Below, piece after piece: positions 38,991-52,284 of a stretch of DNA of 64,000 nucleotides. Both the position numbers and the translations under genes were made by a program. Source of the DNA: Lama glama (Eukaryota); contig CM052817.1 in NCBI GenBank assembly GCA_028534125.1, forward strand, positions 66,280,001 to 66,344,000, written 5' to 3'. The first letter of the stretch is position 1; each line of letters begins with the position of its first letter. The notes under the pieces are model-generated. The model searched no databases, had not been told where the DNA came from, and was given only the letters and a program-made list of their open reading frames with translations.

Positions 38991-39469
38991 GTGGACATGT
39001 ATAGTGGGATGCAGCTGTTTCTGGAACTCGTCTACTCTCACGTGCTTGTCTGTGATGGACAGTCTTCAGTTCATTCCAGGTCTTTTTGGCCTATGACAGA
39101 AGTTAGTAATTTCGGTTACGAGTTGAAACTAATATTGGTGGTGGCAACTCAAATAAATTTAAAAGTTGCAAAGAAATATAAATGTATATAAAGGATAATG
39201 GATTTGAGTTTTGTCCATGAAGGGAAAAAGAGGGTAAGTAAATACAATGGTTGGTTATTCTAGAATGTGAAAGACAAAAGACTAAGACAAACTGGGGCTC
39301 TGTCATAACAGTTAGAACATCTGAGGCCAAGTGAACCTTGCTTGTCTGATAGTACCTGCGATAATGTGCTAAAAAATGACCACAAACGTGTATTTCGTTT
39401 TGACAGAGTTGACCAGTGTTATGAGTTTATTTTAGAGAAAGTTTCGGTTTCCACACACAGCTGGTGTCC

Positions 39470-39645
39470 TTGTTCCCTCCGTTCATCATTCTTCCACCCC
39501 TTGCCTGCCCCTGGGTGACTCATCACCCCTTACTGATTCCTTCAATCCTGACTACACCTCCACATATGGTCCCCTCATTTAATTCTGTACAGTTTAAACC
39601 CTTGGAGGGTGACATCTGTTTCCTGCTGGGACCTTGACTGCTGTG
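39470..39645 (+). mobile_element. ERVL LTR 3' fragment
   Basis: 'catctgtttcctgctgggaccttgactg' LTR33/LTR16-type terminus. Confidence 0.55.
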
Positions 39646-40339
39646 TATTTATCACTCTGTTTTGTTTTAGTTTTGACAGATTTTAATGTTTAGATTTGAT
39701 TTTATGTCCATCAATAACAGTTGTTGAGTAGAGGAAAAAGCTCAAAGTGTAATCGTATGATGTCATCTTTTAAATGAAAAAAAATCATGTCCCCAGTGAA
39801 TATTTTCGAACATATAGCAATTTAATCAAATGTTTCTCTATGATTTTTTTCTGTCATTCGAGAGACTGAAAGGTATTTCTGAAGTGAAAACCGAAATAGA
39901 TAAATTAAAAATGACTCACCTGTCTTTTTTCAGAAGAAACAAGCCAACAAAACCCCAATTTCCTCACACCTTAGGATCTTTTAATGAATATTCTGCTTTT
40001 CCCTTTCTTGGACTCCCACTGCTCCCTCTGCTCTGATACAACCTGGTATCTGATAAGAAGGCCCATGGATACATTCTGCACCCGGATGAGAAGAGGGATC
40101 ACACTTGAGTTTGCAGCTTTAGACGAGTTTCAGACCTAAAGCTAGGGCTGATCTTAGGCATCAGTGCCTGTAGTGAAGGAAATATTTCTGCATCTGCTAG
40201 AAGATGCTTTGATAGCCCTTTACCTCCTTGCCTTAAAGCGAGAAAAAAAATCCTTAAAGTAAAGGGAATATTTTCAAGATCATTGCTATCTGTCAATCAG
40301 AAACATGAGGGACTAATGAACAATCCCTAATTTTGATAA

Positions 40340-40808
40340 ATTGATACAGTGGGAAGTATAGCAGTTCATGACTTAAACCTGGATGCAAATCTAACCTGAA
40401 CAAGTTATTTATTGGAGGAGGTTATCCAGAGGACGTAACCCATGGCTGGCCTGTGATCTGCCACCTAGACCCAGGCAATGGGAGGCTCTGGGTCCACTCC
40501 CCATCCTGGCATGTTCTGCCCACAATTCCCATAGTGGGAGGCATTTTCAAGGACTCATTTTGAGAGAGCAGTGTGTTGTTGAAACCATCTGGACGATATA
40601 CGTGACTGAATTCAGTTAAGGCTGCTATATAAAGTTTTGAGATTCTGGCAGGCGGGTATGGAGATTACTAGTCTTGCGGTCGCAGGAGAGAAGCCTCCTT
40701 AGTAAGTTTCCTTGCTTATCGGAACTGCTGCTTACCCATCTGGACTGGCTGCCTCTTTCTTCCCGCTCTCCTTGTCCTCTGTGTCCGAGGGCCAGTTTGT
40801 GATCAGCA
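40340..40808 (+). mobile_element. Probable solo LTR (family and boundaries uncertain)
   Basis: GC-richer block with TATATAAA at ~40627, U5-like pyrimidine tract, ends ...CA. Confidence 0.45.
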
Positions 40809-43698
40809 TTACTTCACCTTTCCCCATCTCTTCTTTTGCAGAGTCATGCCTACTTTCCCCCACCATGCCGTATAGGAAAGGATTACTAAAGAACATTTTT
40901 TTTAAACCTCTTATTTATGGAAGAATTTTATTAAGTGAGACTGAAGAGACCTTACGAATTTCCTGTATCCTGATTATCTTCAGCTCTTCCTTGCTCTCTG
41001 CTACCTGGTGACCTTGAGCAAGTGGCTTAAACTTGCATTGCTTCAGTTTGTTCATCTTATAAGGGAGTTGACGTGTCCATGTACCCAGCACATTGCCTGG
41101 CTCCTAGGAGGCATTCAGTAAATACTGTTATTACTATTTTTGTTACTAGAGAAAGCTCATGTATGAGTGATATTCATGAAACAGGGTAAAGAGGCCCTAA
41201 GAGATAAAATTGAGAAGAATCCATGAATAAAACAGCCCAAAGAAGAAATATTTAAGAAATAAGATATTGCATTTTGGCCTCAATGTAATTCTTTTTTTCC
41301 TTTAAGATTTCGTTGTGCTGCCTTAACACTGAGTTCACCTGGATAAAATTCTTACAAGGCGGTGATTTGCCTGACCCCCAAATGCCTAGGGATGCTCTTG
41401 CACCAGATAGTCAGCAAGAGGGGAAGGCCATTTTTCCTTAGTAAAATACTTGCATTCTCATATTCACTATTATAATCCTCTGGATAATGGAATCATAATA
41501 TTTATCCACCTTGTAAAGATGTTGACAAACTAAATTAACTTATTTCTTCTTAGAAATGTATATTAAAATGTATGTTCTTAAAATTACTTATTTAAGAAAA
41601 TCAATCTCTTCTGCTGCAAACAGATAAAAAGATAGATTTCCCTACATCTCTTGACAGTGATTTGGGGGTTTTCATGAATTTTGAAAGCTTATGAATAAAG
41701 AAAAGGGTGTAATCCCCGCAGTGAGTGGGAGGTTTATGATGAAGAATGACATATGGGTGGATGTCAGCAAGTATCAAGAACATTCATGCAGAGATAAGGG
41801 AAGATAACATTCATGCATTGTGTGGGAGGAGCTGGCTCAGCTGTCTTAGGGTGCCATGTGTAGACCATCCTAAGTATCACTAAAGTTCTGGATTCTGCCA
41901 TATATTTTTCATATATTAACCATGATGAGAAGTTCTCTGGGGGCTTTAACTGTTAAGTGTCTTTCATTCTGATAAATTGAATCTCCTCCCTTGGAGTAGA
42001 AGACCTTTCCTACTACTATGAATAATAATAAAAACAGCAGCAAATATAACAAAAATAATACTAGCTTAATACATTGCCCTCCTGTGTGAGGCCCTAGTCA
42101 TCCTGTTGAGTATCTTGGTGAACCTGTACAGAAGATTTTACTATCTTTATTTTGCGTATGTGGAAGCGGAGGCTCAGGAAGTTAAGACATCTCAACACAG
42201 TCACATAGGTTGGGCAGGGTAGAACTAGGATTCAGACACAAAGCTGAATGTTCATGCACAATGCCATGCACAACTGGTTTATAGTTTCCATGTCTTCATA
42301 AAACAGTAATCTTACAGTGCTCTTTATAGTTAGCATTCTGGATCGTCTATCAGCAGTAGGAAGAGTGGACATAAAACTCATGAATTATATTGGTTTAATT
42401 GCTAGTCATTGTTTATCCTTTTGGAAATGTTCCAAGAAAATACACTAAGAAAGCCAAGTTGCAAAGAAATAACTTATACACAATGGAATATTGGTTAAAT
42501 ACGGTTACAAAGCTTTTCTCTTTTATGATAAATAAATTACAATTTTTAGATGGTACAAATTATAAACACTTTTAAAAATTATTTTTAGTGTTTCCTGAAA
42601 TATATTTAATTTTTAAAACTTCTGATGCAAACTCCTGGATCTTTAATTTAAGATAGAAGATATACTGACATGACATGCAGGTTAAATTATGAGGTATCTT
42701 TTAATTCTTTTCTTTCTTGTTTTTCTCCTAGCCCTCAGAACCTTCTTTTTTATGCTTTCATTTTAGACCTTAACTTCTAAAATACTTGACTGTGACGTTC
42801 CTTGATGTACAAAGAGGCAAGTTTATAATGGCAAGACACTCGGTTTAAAGTCTCAGGTATGTCAAGTGCATATAAGCATATGTATGGTGAGTGAGAATTT
42901 TTCATAAATAAATATAATGTCTTTATTATCAGTCTCTTCATAGTGGTAAGAACATTTAAGATATAGAAAAAACCAAATTAGTTAGTGCACACTTCACTTA
43001 TTTAACTCACAAAGACTTAACGAACAAAGAATATGAACATTGATTCATTCTCAATTGAAAATTTAAACTTAACAGAGAATAGCTTACTTGATACCTTTGA
43101 ATTTTACTTTTCAATATTCAGCAAGCTCATTATCACCATAACTTCATGTGCACAATAAATCCCTTCCTTAAAAGAACTGATTTTCAAAATATTCAAATAT
43201 TTGGCCTATGTCTGTTTTTCTTGCTAGTATCTCAAAAGAGATGTTCCTTTAGGATATTTTCTCTTAAAATACTTTTTAAATGATCTAAATGAGCTTTAGT
43301 AAATTTATTTGTGATTGTTGAACCACTAAGTCAAACTACCTCAGAATGCAAGTGAAATAAAAAGTGAAATAAACTTGAATAGTAACACGTAAGCCTGCCT
43401 TAAAATACCCACCTTGGAGGTACAAGTTACATGTTCATGCTATGTTTTTATTGTTCATCGAGGCCAATGAATTTTATTAGGTGAAAAGAGACAAGGCATT
43501 ATAGAGATAATACAGTCTGTGCTATATTATATGCTAATTCACATCGATAGAAAAACTTAGTTACTTGCTAAAAGTGAAGATTGAATATACCAGCTTCATA
43601 AACGCCATGTTTCAATGACTACTTTGTCCCCAAATTCTAGGCAAATCATATACATTTTTGGATGATAATAATCCATGAATGTAAACATAGATGTGACG

Positions 43699-43886
43699 CA
43701 GTGGGTTCTCATCTGGGGTCACTTTAACCCCTAGGAGACATTTTTGTCATCTTGACTTGGAGCATACTCCTGGCATCTACTGGGTAGAGGCCAAGGGTGC
43801 TGGCAAACACCCTGTGGTGCACAGCCCCCTACACCACAAGATCATCCAGTCCGGAATGTCAGGTGTGTCATTGTTGAGAAGCCTTA
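43699..43886 (+). mobile_element. MER20 (hAT-Charlie)
   Basis: 'ctggcatctactgggtagaggccaagggtgctg'; degenerate TIRs; 8-bp TSD atgtgacg/atgtaaag. Confidence 0.85.
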
Positions 43887-44149
43887 ATGTAAAGATGTCT
43901 CTGACTAATGTGATAGAGCATGAAAAACATCGGTAAGCAGGGATCTGGAGTTCAGAATCCAAAGTTAGTGTATTTGGAGAGGATTAAAGTGCAAGAAGGT
44001 ATATAAGAATAAGGAGTAGAAGCAATAAGACATTGAATATACAGGCATCACAATCAGAAACTGATGCAGTGAAAAGCTAAACTGAGCCAAGTTGTCTGAG
44101 TAAGTTATCAAGTTACATAAAAACTAGAAAAAAACATTAGTTATATATA

Positions 44150-44530
44150 GGTATTTTAACTTTAAGGCGACAGAGTAATCAGGAGGAAAGGGAAAGTCTT
44201 TTTAATAAGTGATACTTGAACAACTAAATATCTGTATGAACAAAAATGAATGTAAATACTGACTTCACAGCACACACAAAGATTAACTTGAAGCATATCA
44301 GACTGAAATGGAAACCTAAAACTATGAAACTTCTGGTGGAAAACTCAGGAAAAAAATCTTTGTAACCTTGGTTTGTGTGAAGGTCTCTTAGAATACAGAA
44401 AACAGGAAGCAAAGCAAATTTTTTTTTGGTTAAATTCAAGTTCATCAAAAGTAAAAATTTTGCTCTTTGAAAGACATTATTAAAGAAACAAAAGCCACAA
44501 ATTGGGAGAAATACTCACAAAGTTTAAAGC
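44150..44530 (+). mobile_element. Old L1M ORF2 fragment
   Basis: 'aaaactatgaaacttctggtggaaaactcagg', 'aagccacaaattgggagaaata'. Confidence 0.75.
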
Positions 44531-44534
44531 AGAC

Positions 44535-44935
44535 TGTAAACCTTTAAAACAAAAAGATAAGCTGTTCAGTCAGCAAAAATGAGTTATTTGAGAATAGCAG
44601 AAGAGTTGCAATTTGGGCATGCAAACTGTGGTAAACCACAGCAAAGTCCGGAGAACAAAGGACAGGGGGACACTTTGATAGAGGAAGAGAGAAACTCAGG
44701 AGGGGCTGGTTTGAATGAAAGTTTATTGAAGGAGGTTGAGAGTTCTAGGGTTGCAGTGGCTTCTAATTGGCTAACTGGTGGTGATGGATCATCAGCTGGG
44801 CTGTTGCTGGGCAGGGAGAAAGTCTTCGTTCTTCATGCTGGGGAACATAAAGTAAGCTGTGACAGGCAATATAGGTATGAGACCTCCCCTTTCACAGCTT
44901 CCTGACTTTAAATGAGTTTTTTCTTTATTTTCACA
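44535..44935 (-). mobile_element. 3' LTR of ERV1 provirus
   Basis: TG...CA ends on minus strand, directly preceded by PPT AAAAGGGGGAAA (44936-44947); homologous to 47418-47800. Confidence 0.85.
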
Positions 44936-45299
44936 TTTCCCCCTTTTAACTGAGATATATCCTTGAAAGTATTGCTGATCAAGAATCAGTTTTTCATATT
45001 TAGTGGTTTTGTCCTGATGTCAGGGAGGACCTTTTCTGGCTGTCATGTTCCACGGCAAAGGAAACGTGTGTAGATGGGAACTACTGAAGCCTCATCTGAG
45101 GAACAAGGACGGGTAGAAAGGAGAATTCTCAGCCATTTCCCATGCAAAGTCTTTATCTTATTAAGGTCATAAGCATTGGAGAGCATCTCAAAGCATTGAG
45201 CTAGCATCACCTTATTGGGTACGTCATTTCTACAAGGGTTTGACAGGCAGTGGTTACAAAGGTTAAAAAAATTATGCAAAGCAGAATTAAAAGTAATAT

Positions 45300-45650
45300 G
45301 ATGAATCTGGTTTTTAGGATGGTTCTAAACTAGGATCCTAGACTTGAAGGTAAGCCAACTGAACAAACGAAAGGACCATGGAGAACCAGGTGAAATTTGT
45401 TGTAGCTAGTGTGCTTGTTCCTCGATCTTGTAATTGAATTTCTACCTCTCCAGAGGCATTTATCCATGTACAAAAGGTGATATCTGCTATTGTGTAAATG
45501 CCTCCTTGTTCAGAAAGTAGGTAATCAATGGCTATACAATTATCCAAAACTGTTTTAGCCAACAAACCAAGTGATTGTTGTTGGGCTGCTATTGCTTTGG
45601 CTGTAGCATTGACTAGCTTCTCCTAATGTTAGCGGAAGATTTCTGATCAC
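45300..45650 (-). pseudogene. env: Decayed ERV envelope TM (heptad repeat and immunosuppressive domain)
   Basis: Translates AIAAQQQSLGLLAKTVLDNCIAIDYLLSEQGGIYTIADITFCTWINASGEVEIQLQ, matching the gamma-type LxNRxxLDxLLxxxGG-CX6CC pattern with decay. Confidence 0.9.
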
Positions 45651-46960
45651 ATGTTCTTTGGCACTTGATCTGACCCAACGGAGAAAAGCTCTCCACATGT
45701 AGGCAAACCCAGAGTCATATTTGTTTCCAGGTTGTTACTGTTTGAATCTGTCACACGGGGTTGGAAAGGTAACAGCCATGGAGACCAGTAAAATTGTAAG
45801 GGTCTACAGATCACACAGGCAGTTTCATTCTGGCTATGTTTCCCTTGTGTCCCTTTTTCCCATAAAGCCAGGAGACAAAGTTCCTCAACTCTGGGTGCCA
45901 ATCAGAGACAAGGAAATGGACTGGGGGTCTCTAGCATAATGTTTTTGATGACAAATCCAGCAGTCTGACAGATTGTTCCTCCCACCTTCCCTTAGTAATG
46001 GCCTGAGAGATAAAGATGATGACATCTTTCCAGGTCAATGCCTGAATAAAGGAAAGAAAGGGAAGAAGAAAGGGTTTTATGTTTAGCCAAAATATGAAGT
46101 CTTGATCCAGCATCTTGGGAGGAAGTAGTCTATCTCAATATCAGATACTTCTCTTCCTGCTCAGCTTTATTTGGAGTACTCCAGCTTTCGTGCAGGACCA
46201 GATGTCAGGTGGAGTCTTTTTCAGCTGTGAGATGTGTATCTAAGATTCAAGTCCCTGAAGTTTGGCTGCCATCTGAGTGGTTAGGAAGACCTAATATAGT
46301 CTCTTCCAAGGAGATTCAAGACAATCTTTGTTCTTAGGGCTTGAAATGTTAGTTTGGGGATTTGTAGCCAGATATTTGAGGAAACAAGAAGAATTCAGGA
46401 TCCAGTACAGTTTACAGGTATGCAACAAAACCTCGAAGACAATTAACAGGATTAGAATATAATATAGACAAAGGTGTGAAAATAATTTCTCTCTCCACAG
46501 TTGCCCCCATTTTTATCAAAGGCAGTGAAAGTAAAGCTAATTTATTTGTTCTAAGCTTGGCATATTTATTTGCGTAAGTGCAGCAAGAATAGTTGTTGGC
46601 CATATAAGCTCTTTTAAGACTGCTTTGTTAGAACAAGGACTCTCAGATGGAACTCTTAAAAACCTTTCAAGATGAGGAAGCCATATCAGAGTCTGAGTAG
46701 TTCCTTAAAGCTACCTGGTAGTATCTGAATCTATACATGCCTCTCTCATGTGATATTCTAATCAAAGCCATGGTAATATAACCAATATTTCTAATTTCAT
46801 TGTTATAAGGAGAATAAATTTTTATTGAATTTATTTAAACAACTAACTATGTTGTGAAAAGAATGCTTAAAATTTCCATGTTTTGGAGGGATCAGGTAGA
46901 GGAAAAAAAGCAAATGTTTCATTTTTGTCTACAAAATGCATATTTAACCAAATTGCTATA
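45650..46960 (-). mobile_element. ERV1 internal non-coding sequence (MER4-group-like)
   Basis: Lies between env remnant and PBS; no gag or pol motifs seen. Confidence 0.6.
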
Positions 46961-47338
46961 GGTCATAGATGTGTGGGTTTATTTCTGGACTCTCAATTCT
47001 GTTCCACTGATCTATGTGGCTGTTTTTGTACCAGTACTATACTGTTGTGGTTACTACAGCTTTGTAGTATAGTTTGAAATTGGGGACTGTGATACTTGCA
47101 CTTTTGTTCCTCTTTCTCAAGATTGTTTAGGCTCTTCAGTGTTTTTTTTTTTTTGTGATTTCATGCAAATTTTAGAATTATTCTAGTTCTATGAAATATG
47201 CCTTTGGCGTTGATAGGGATTGCATTGGAACTGTACATTACTTTGGGTACTGTGGACGTATTTAACAATATTAATTCCTCCAGTCCATAAGCATGGACTG
47301 TCTGTCTGTCCAGTTTTGTGTGTCTTCTTCAATTTCTT
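46960..47338 (-). mobile_element. L1 ORF2 internal fragment nested in the provirus
   Basis: Collinear with ~31680-32030. Confidence 0.85.
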
Positions 47339-47403
47339 AAGTAAGTACTGCACGTAATTCTGAGAGTCGTTTACTCCTAAAGGTTTGTCTCTTTTGGCTC
47401 TCT

Positions 47404-47417
47404 CACTTCTGACACCA
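47404..47417 (-). promoter_or_regulatory. Retroviral primer-binding site, tRNA-Leu type
   Basis: Minus strand TGGTGTCAGAAGTG immediately downstream of the 5' LTR; complementary to the tRNA-Leu 3' end ...CACTTCTGACACCA. Confidence 0.8.
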
Positions 47418-47800
47418 AGTAAGATTAATGTTTAAAACAAAAAGTTAAGTGGTTTAGCTAGCAAAGTCAAGTTTTTTTCAGGAAAAGCAGAGAAATTGCA
47501 ATTTGGGACATGCAGACTGGCAAACGACTGGCAAGACCAGACAAGAAAGGAAGGGAGCATTCTTTTACAGAGGAATAGAGGAAGTTGAGAGGGACTGTTT
47601 TGAATGAAAGTTCATTGGAGGAGAATGAAAGTTCAGGGTTGTGGTGGTTTCTCATTAGCTGGGTTCTGACAGTTTCTTATTGACTAGGCTGTTGCTGGGC
47701 AAGGAGAAAAACCTTTCTTCTTCCTACTGGGGCATGTAAAAATAAACTTCTTCCTGCTGAGGTAAGCTGCAATAGTGGTGCATATAGGAGAGCTCCCCAG
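47418..47800 (-). mobile_element. 5' LTR of ERV1 provirus (outer boundary uncertain)
   Basis: Shares tttaaaacaaaaag, ttgcaatttggg, tttgaatgaaagtt and ggctgttgctgggca with 44535-44935. Confidence 0.8.
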
Positions 47801-48459
47801 TTTTCTTCTTCTCTGTCATATCCTCTACTCTTGTCTCCTGAAATCACTTCTGGAAATTAAGTATATGTAAGCCTTTTTCTCAGAATCTGCTTTCTGCTGG
47901 CTACTTGAGGTAGGATATATGTCTTTCCTTCAGCATCTCTCTATCTGTAAATATGGCTGATGGTATAAATGGTGAAGATCTGGTAAGATCTTTCACTACA
48001 GAAGGTATTTTTGAGTGATGTCTTCAGAAAAGAACTGTTTTCTGTAGATTTCTGAATGTATTCAACTGAATTATTCATTTGAAACTTCTCCAGCTTTAAG
48101 TTGTTTCCCAACTTCATTTTGTGTAAATCTAGCATGATGTTAAGAGATGTATTTTCAGCCTCTATGAGCAAAAAAACTCACTTGAGCTCCTATGTTGAAT
48201 GAGAATTTGCAAACTTGCAACCTACTTTAGCAGGAAGTGAAACTGAGATGTGTTTTGTGCATTTCATGTAGGGATAATAGTTTGCACTTTTATTTCCCCA
48301 AGGCCAAAACAAATGGGTACTGTGTATCTTTTCATCCAAATAGGAAAATGTTCCTCAGGAAATCTTTGCTTTGGTTTGTTATTAAGGCATCATTTTAAAG
48401 TGAAAATGGACGTTTGGCAGCTACAGCTTGAGACTAGCTTTGGATCTGAAGAATGGAGT

Positions 48460-48658
48460 CAAATGTGTACTGGAACCTGCTTGTACCAGTCCCTGAAAGC
48501 TAAATATGCCTATCTCTTCCCAACTTTGTGTTCAGTGACATTATAGGCAGCTTAAAATTGGCAAAAGAGGAAATATTTACACCATGGGAATTGGTAAATG
48601 CTATAAATCAGAGCTTCCCTTGTCCTCTTGCCTACTCAGTTTATCAGGTCATCACCCC
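48460..48658 (+). mobile_element. MER63-like hAT-Blackjack element
   Basis: 'atctcttcccaactttgtgttcagtgac...atatttacaccatgggaattggtaaatgctataaatcag'. Confidence 0.7.
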
Positions 48659-51084
48659 TAACTTATTTCCTCCAACTGGCTAATCACTGATCTACCTATA
48701 TAAAGTAACCATAATTTTGAAATAACAGGGAATTAATACCTCCTTTAAAACTGTCTTACTTCTCAAATGAGAGAATGGATGTCTAGAGAGGTTAGTTGAT
48801 ATACTCAGCATCACACAGTTGGTTTCAGAGTTTGAGCTAGAACCAACCTCTTGACTCAGCTACTTGCTAGAAAAACAATTTTCTAATTATTCAGATTTGC
48901 AAAGTGCCCCTACAGTTGGGTGGATCCATCTTGACTGTAGAATTTCAATGAAAACTTTAAACATATTTGGGTCCAAAATCTGTATTTAAGCTATTCATCA
49001 TGGAAAATCCCAAATAAACCTGTTTTGTTTGTTTCATTGGAAAATTTTGTCTTTTGAGAATTGATGAGCTCCAAGTTAACATCCTGCCACTTGTGTACAT
49101 ACACAGATTCAAATGAAAATTGATATGCTGCTCCATATATGTCTTTTGAATTCAGTTGTTTTTAAACTCACATGATTTACTGGATCTAGTGATAAAAGAG
49201 AGCTATGAAATTGATCTGACCTTTGAACATCTGAATGCTTAAGTAAATGATATAAAAGATATAAATTATCTGAGACCAGAAAGACACATTTGTAAGAATT
49301 TATAAAAATAAAGGCAAAATATAAACAAAATATTCCCAGAATCTTGGCCTCATTGCTTAAAGAATTTTGAGAATACCATTACTACAGCTTAATTAATGAT
49401 TTGCATATTGGTAATTGGTGAATTTAATTGAACATCAGGATATTCTATAACTTAATGTAGCAAAATGTAGCAACTGTGTTAGCACATTCCAGGATTTTTA
49501 AGTGCTTTACAGACTGTGGGAAATGCAGTGTGGTATGAGAATGTTAATTCCCATGACAGGGATATGGTAAGTGTAGCATTAGTTGGGGTAGGCTTTCTGA
49601 AGAGAGTAGTTTGTTCTTCCTCCTTATCTGTGGATAGATTTGAAAATCTGTGTCTCCTGCCCTTCTATGGTAAAGTTTTGAGATGCAAATACTTCAGGCT
49701 ATGTTTGGAAAGAATATTTACATTGTTCACTGGCTTTACAACGAATTCTGTGAATCCCCTGAAGATAAAGGTAAGGGAAAAGTTAATTAACTTTAATTTG
49801 ACATCTACTATGTGCAGCACTGACTATGCATTTAAATACATGTGCATTTATTTAGTTTTCACAGTGTGAAGAAATAATGTTTCCTGGCTCTGATCTGTCT
49901 GACTTACTTTGTGATCCGCTCTAGCAAGCTCCTAACCCTCAGAGTTATTGCTAGTAGATTCTAGCTAGAGTTAATGGGGTAAATCAGTATATGAGATGGT
50001 AAATGGTTACTGTGTTTACTTTACAAATCCTTATTATTCAGTTTGCCTCCTTGGAGTTATCATTATTTACCCACGGTGTTTTATAGATATTGACATCCTC
50101 TATCAGGTTCTCCCTTGAGCAAAAACATATTCAACTAGAGAAGAGAAGCATGTATCTGCAGATGAAGATAAGATAGTATGTAAACTTTTTGTAACTGGTG
50201 TATGAAATGAATGTGTAGAATTCTGTATTTAAGTGTCAAGTTTCCTCTTTGAGTGTTCAGATCTTGGGCTTCTTTGGTTTTGGGTGAAATACATGGCTGT
50301 AGTTTTCCAACATTCATTTGAAGGCTTTTGTCTGGACACAAAAATCAGGAAAAACATATATTGTAGTTTGACTTGAAGTTTTCATCGACTGAGCTGATGA
50401 GAAAGCAGGTGGTTACAATGAAGCAAGACAAGCCTTAGATTGCTGCAGACATGACTCACTATGAAATACAACTGAGCAATATATGAAAGGAGCAAAGAAT
50501 TGAAAGGATGGAATAATTTCATATTTCTGCACGAAAGATTGCCTGGGATTTTTTTTCTATTCAGAAGGGGAAACATGACCTTCTGTCCTGGCTCATACAA
50601 ATCTGTTCAGCATTTTTCAGCATGCCTACTCTTTCCTACGTTGTTGAAAATGTATCCCACAGCCTCCAGAGAACACAGCAAGCTTAAGCCTGACAGATAC
50701 CCTAATCCCTCCCCAGTCATTTGAGAAGAACCTGAGATCTCAAAGTTCTACTCTTGTTACTGAAGCAGTTTTCAAAACCCAACCAAAAGCATTTTACAAG
50801 AAAAATAGGTGAACTGAGTGAGACATGGGCACAGAGGTGGATTGTCACGCTATAAATATCCCTGAGAAACTGTGAGGCAGAGAGTAGAAATATCAGTACC
50901 CTTGGTGAGTTACATTTCTCTGAATGTCAGGCCACTGGCTTCTTTGTGGTGCTTAAGTCCCTTTATAAGGAGTTAGGTCATTAGGGAACTATGCTATCTT
51001 AATGACCTTTATAACATTATTGACCTTTAGAGATTGATGGGCGCATCACCTTTAGTCTGTAGAAATTCTCATGTGATATGGCAA

Positions 51085-51310
51085 AGGATAGTGTTTCAAA
51101 GCAAGGGCTTTGGAGCCAGAAGACCTGAGTTCACATGTGGCTCTACTTGCTAGTTGTGACACCTTGGAAAAACTTGGTAACTTATAATTTGCTTGTGTCC
51201 CTGTTTCTTCATGAATAAGATTACAATTGTAGCAGCAATTGCCTTTCTAAAGTTACCTGCCAGGATTGCATGAGTTAATGGACGTAAAGTTCCCAGCACA
51301 GGACGTTACA
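51085..51310 (+). mobile_element. MIR
   Basis: 'gggctttggagccagaagacctgagttca...'. Confidence 0.75.
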
Positions 51311-51544
51311 TCTAGGAAGCGCTCTGCATGTTAGTTCTTGTTAGGAAGCTGTTCTGTTGGTTGTAGGAAGAGGCCATTACTTGGACAAGTCCTGGCATCT
51401 TGGTTCTGCCAGATGCTGTCCAGGATGTGAAGGTGATTAACCTCTTTGGCTTTAGAATTCTCATCTGGCATACCGAAGGGATTGGCTGGCTATAGTGTAT
51501 ATGACGAATAATAAGGAAGGGTTTAATAAATTGTAGCATAATAA

Positions 51545-51725
51545 TCACTAACATTTATTGGTTACTGTTCTAAGTGATTCACAGGCATCAATTAATGTAA
51601 TTCTTATAATAACCCTATGAGATGAGGATTATTTTAATGCTTAATTTATAGATGAAGAAATTAAACTATAGACAGATAAGGTAATTTGACACACAGCTAG
51701 TAAGTGACAGAGCTGGGATTAAGTC
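51545..51725 (-). mobile_element. MIR
   Basis: 'taacatttattg...cacacagctagtaagtgacagagctgggattt'. Confidence 0.75.
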
Positions 51726-51859
51726 AGTTAAAAATAGTTTATATAATATGATCCCACTTTTGAGAAAAGTAACATATATAGGTATATAAGTTGTATTATA
51801 GATATAAACTGTTATCCACACATACACATAGTGTCCAAAAAAAATTATGAGAACTTCAT

Positions 51860-52284
51860 GTGATATGGATATTTTATTGGGTGAGAAACACATTACTGGT
51901 CAACAGGGAGACTTCAAACCTAAAACTGGTACGAAGCTCAGAGGCATGATGTTACTGAATAGCTTATAAAGAGAATGAGGATGTTGTTCAACCTTTACAG
52001 TGATTGATTATTACAGTGGGGTTTCAGGACAGCAGGGAGGGAATTGCTTAAAAGAGATTATTTTATACCAAGTCAGGAAGACAACTTCGGTTTCATTTAT
52101 GACATTTATATATCAGAGGCATAGGGAATTTATAAGGAAATTATGAAATTTGTAAGGAATACCCTAAGTTAAATTTTGCTTATACTCATGGAATAAACAA
52201 GATTAAATTTTGTTTATGGAGCTTAACTAGTTTTATCTGCTCAGGGGTCTTCAAGCCTGTTCTCCATTCTATTTTACTGTAACA
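51860..52284 (-). mobile_element. ERV1 LTR (MER89/MER90/MER110-group-like) preceded by PPT
   Basis: Minus strand AAAAGGAGGGAAC then TGTTACAGTAAAATAGAATGGAG...CCCTGAGCAGATAAAACTAGTT. Confidence 0.7.

Noticed and set aside
45338..45565. Syncytin-like captured env gene
   Set aside because: Short, frameshifted, key Arg and two Cys lost, no intact SU region
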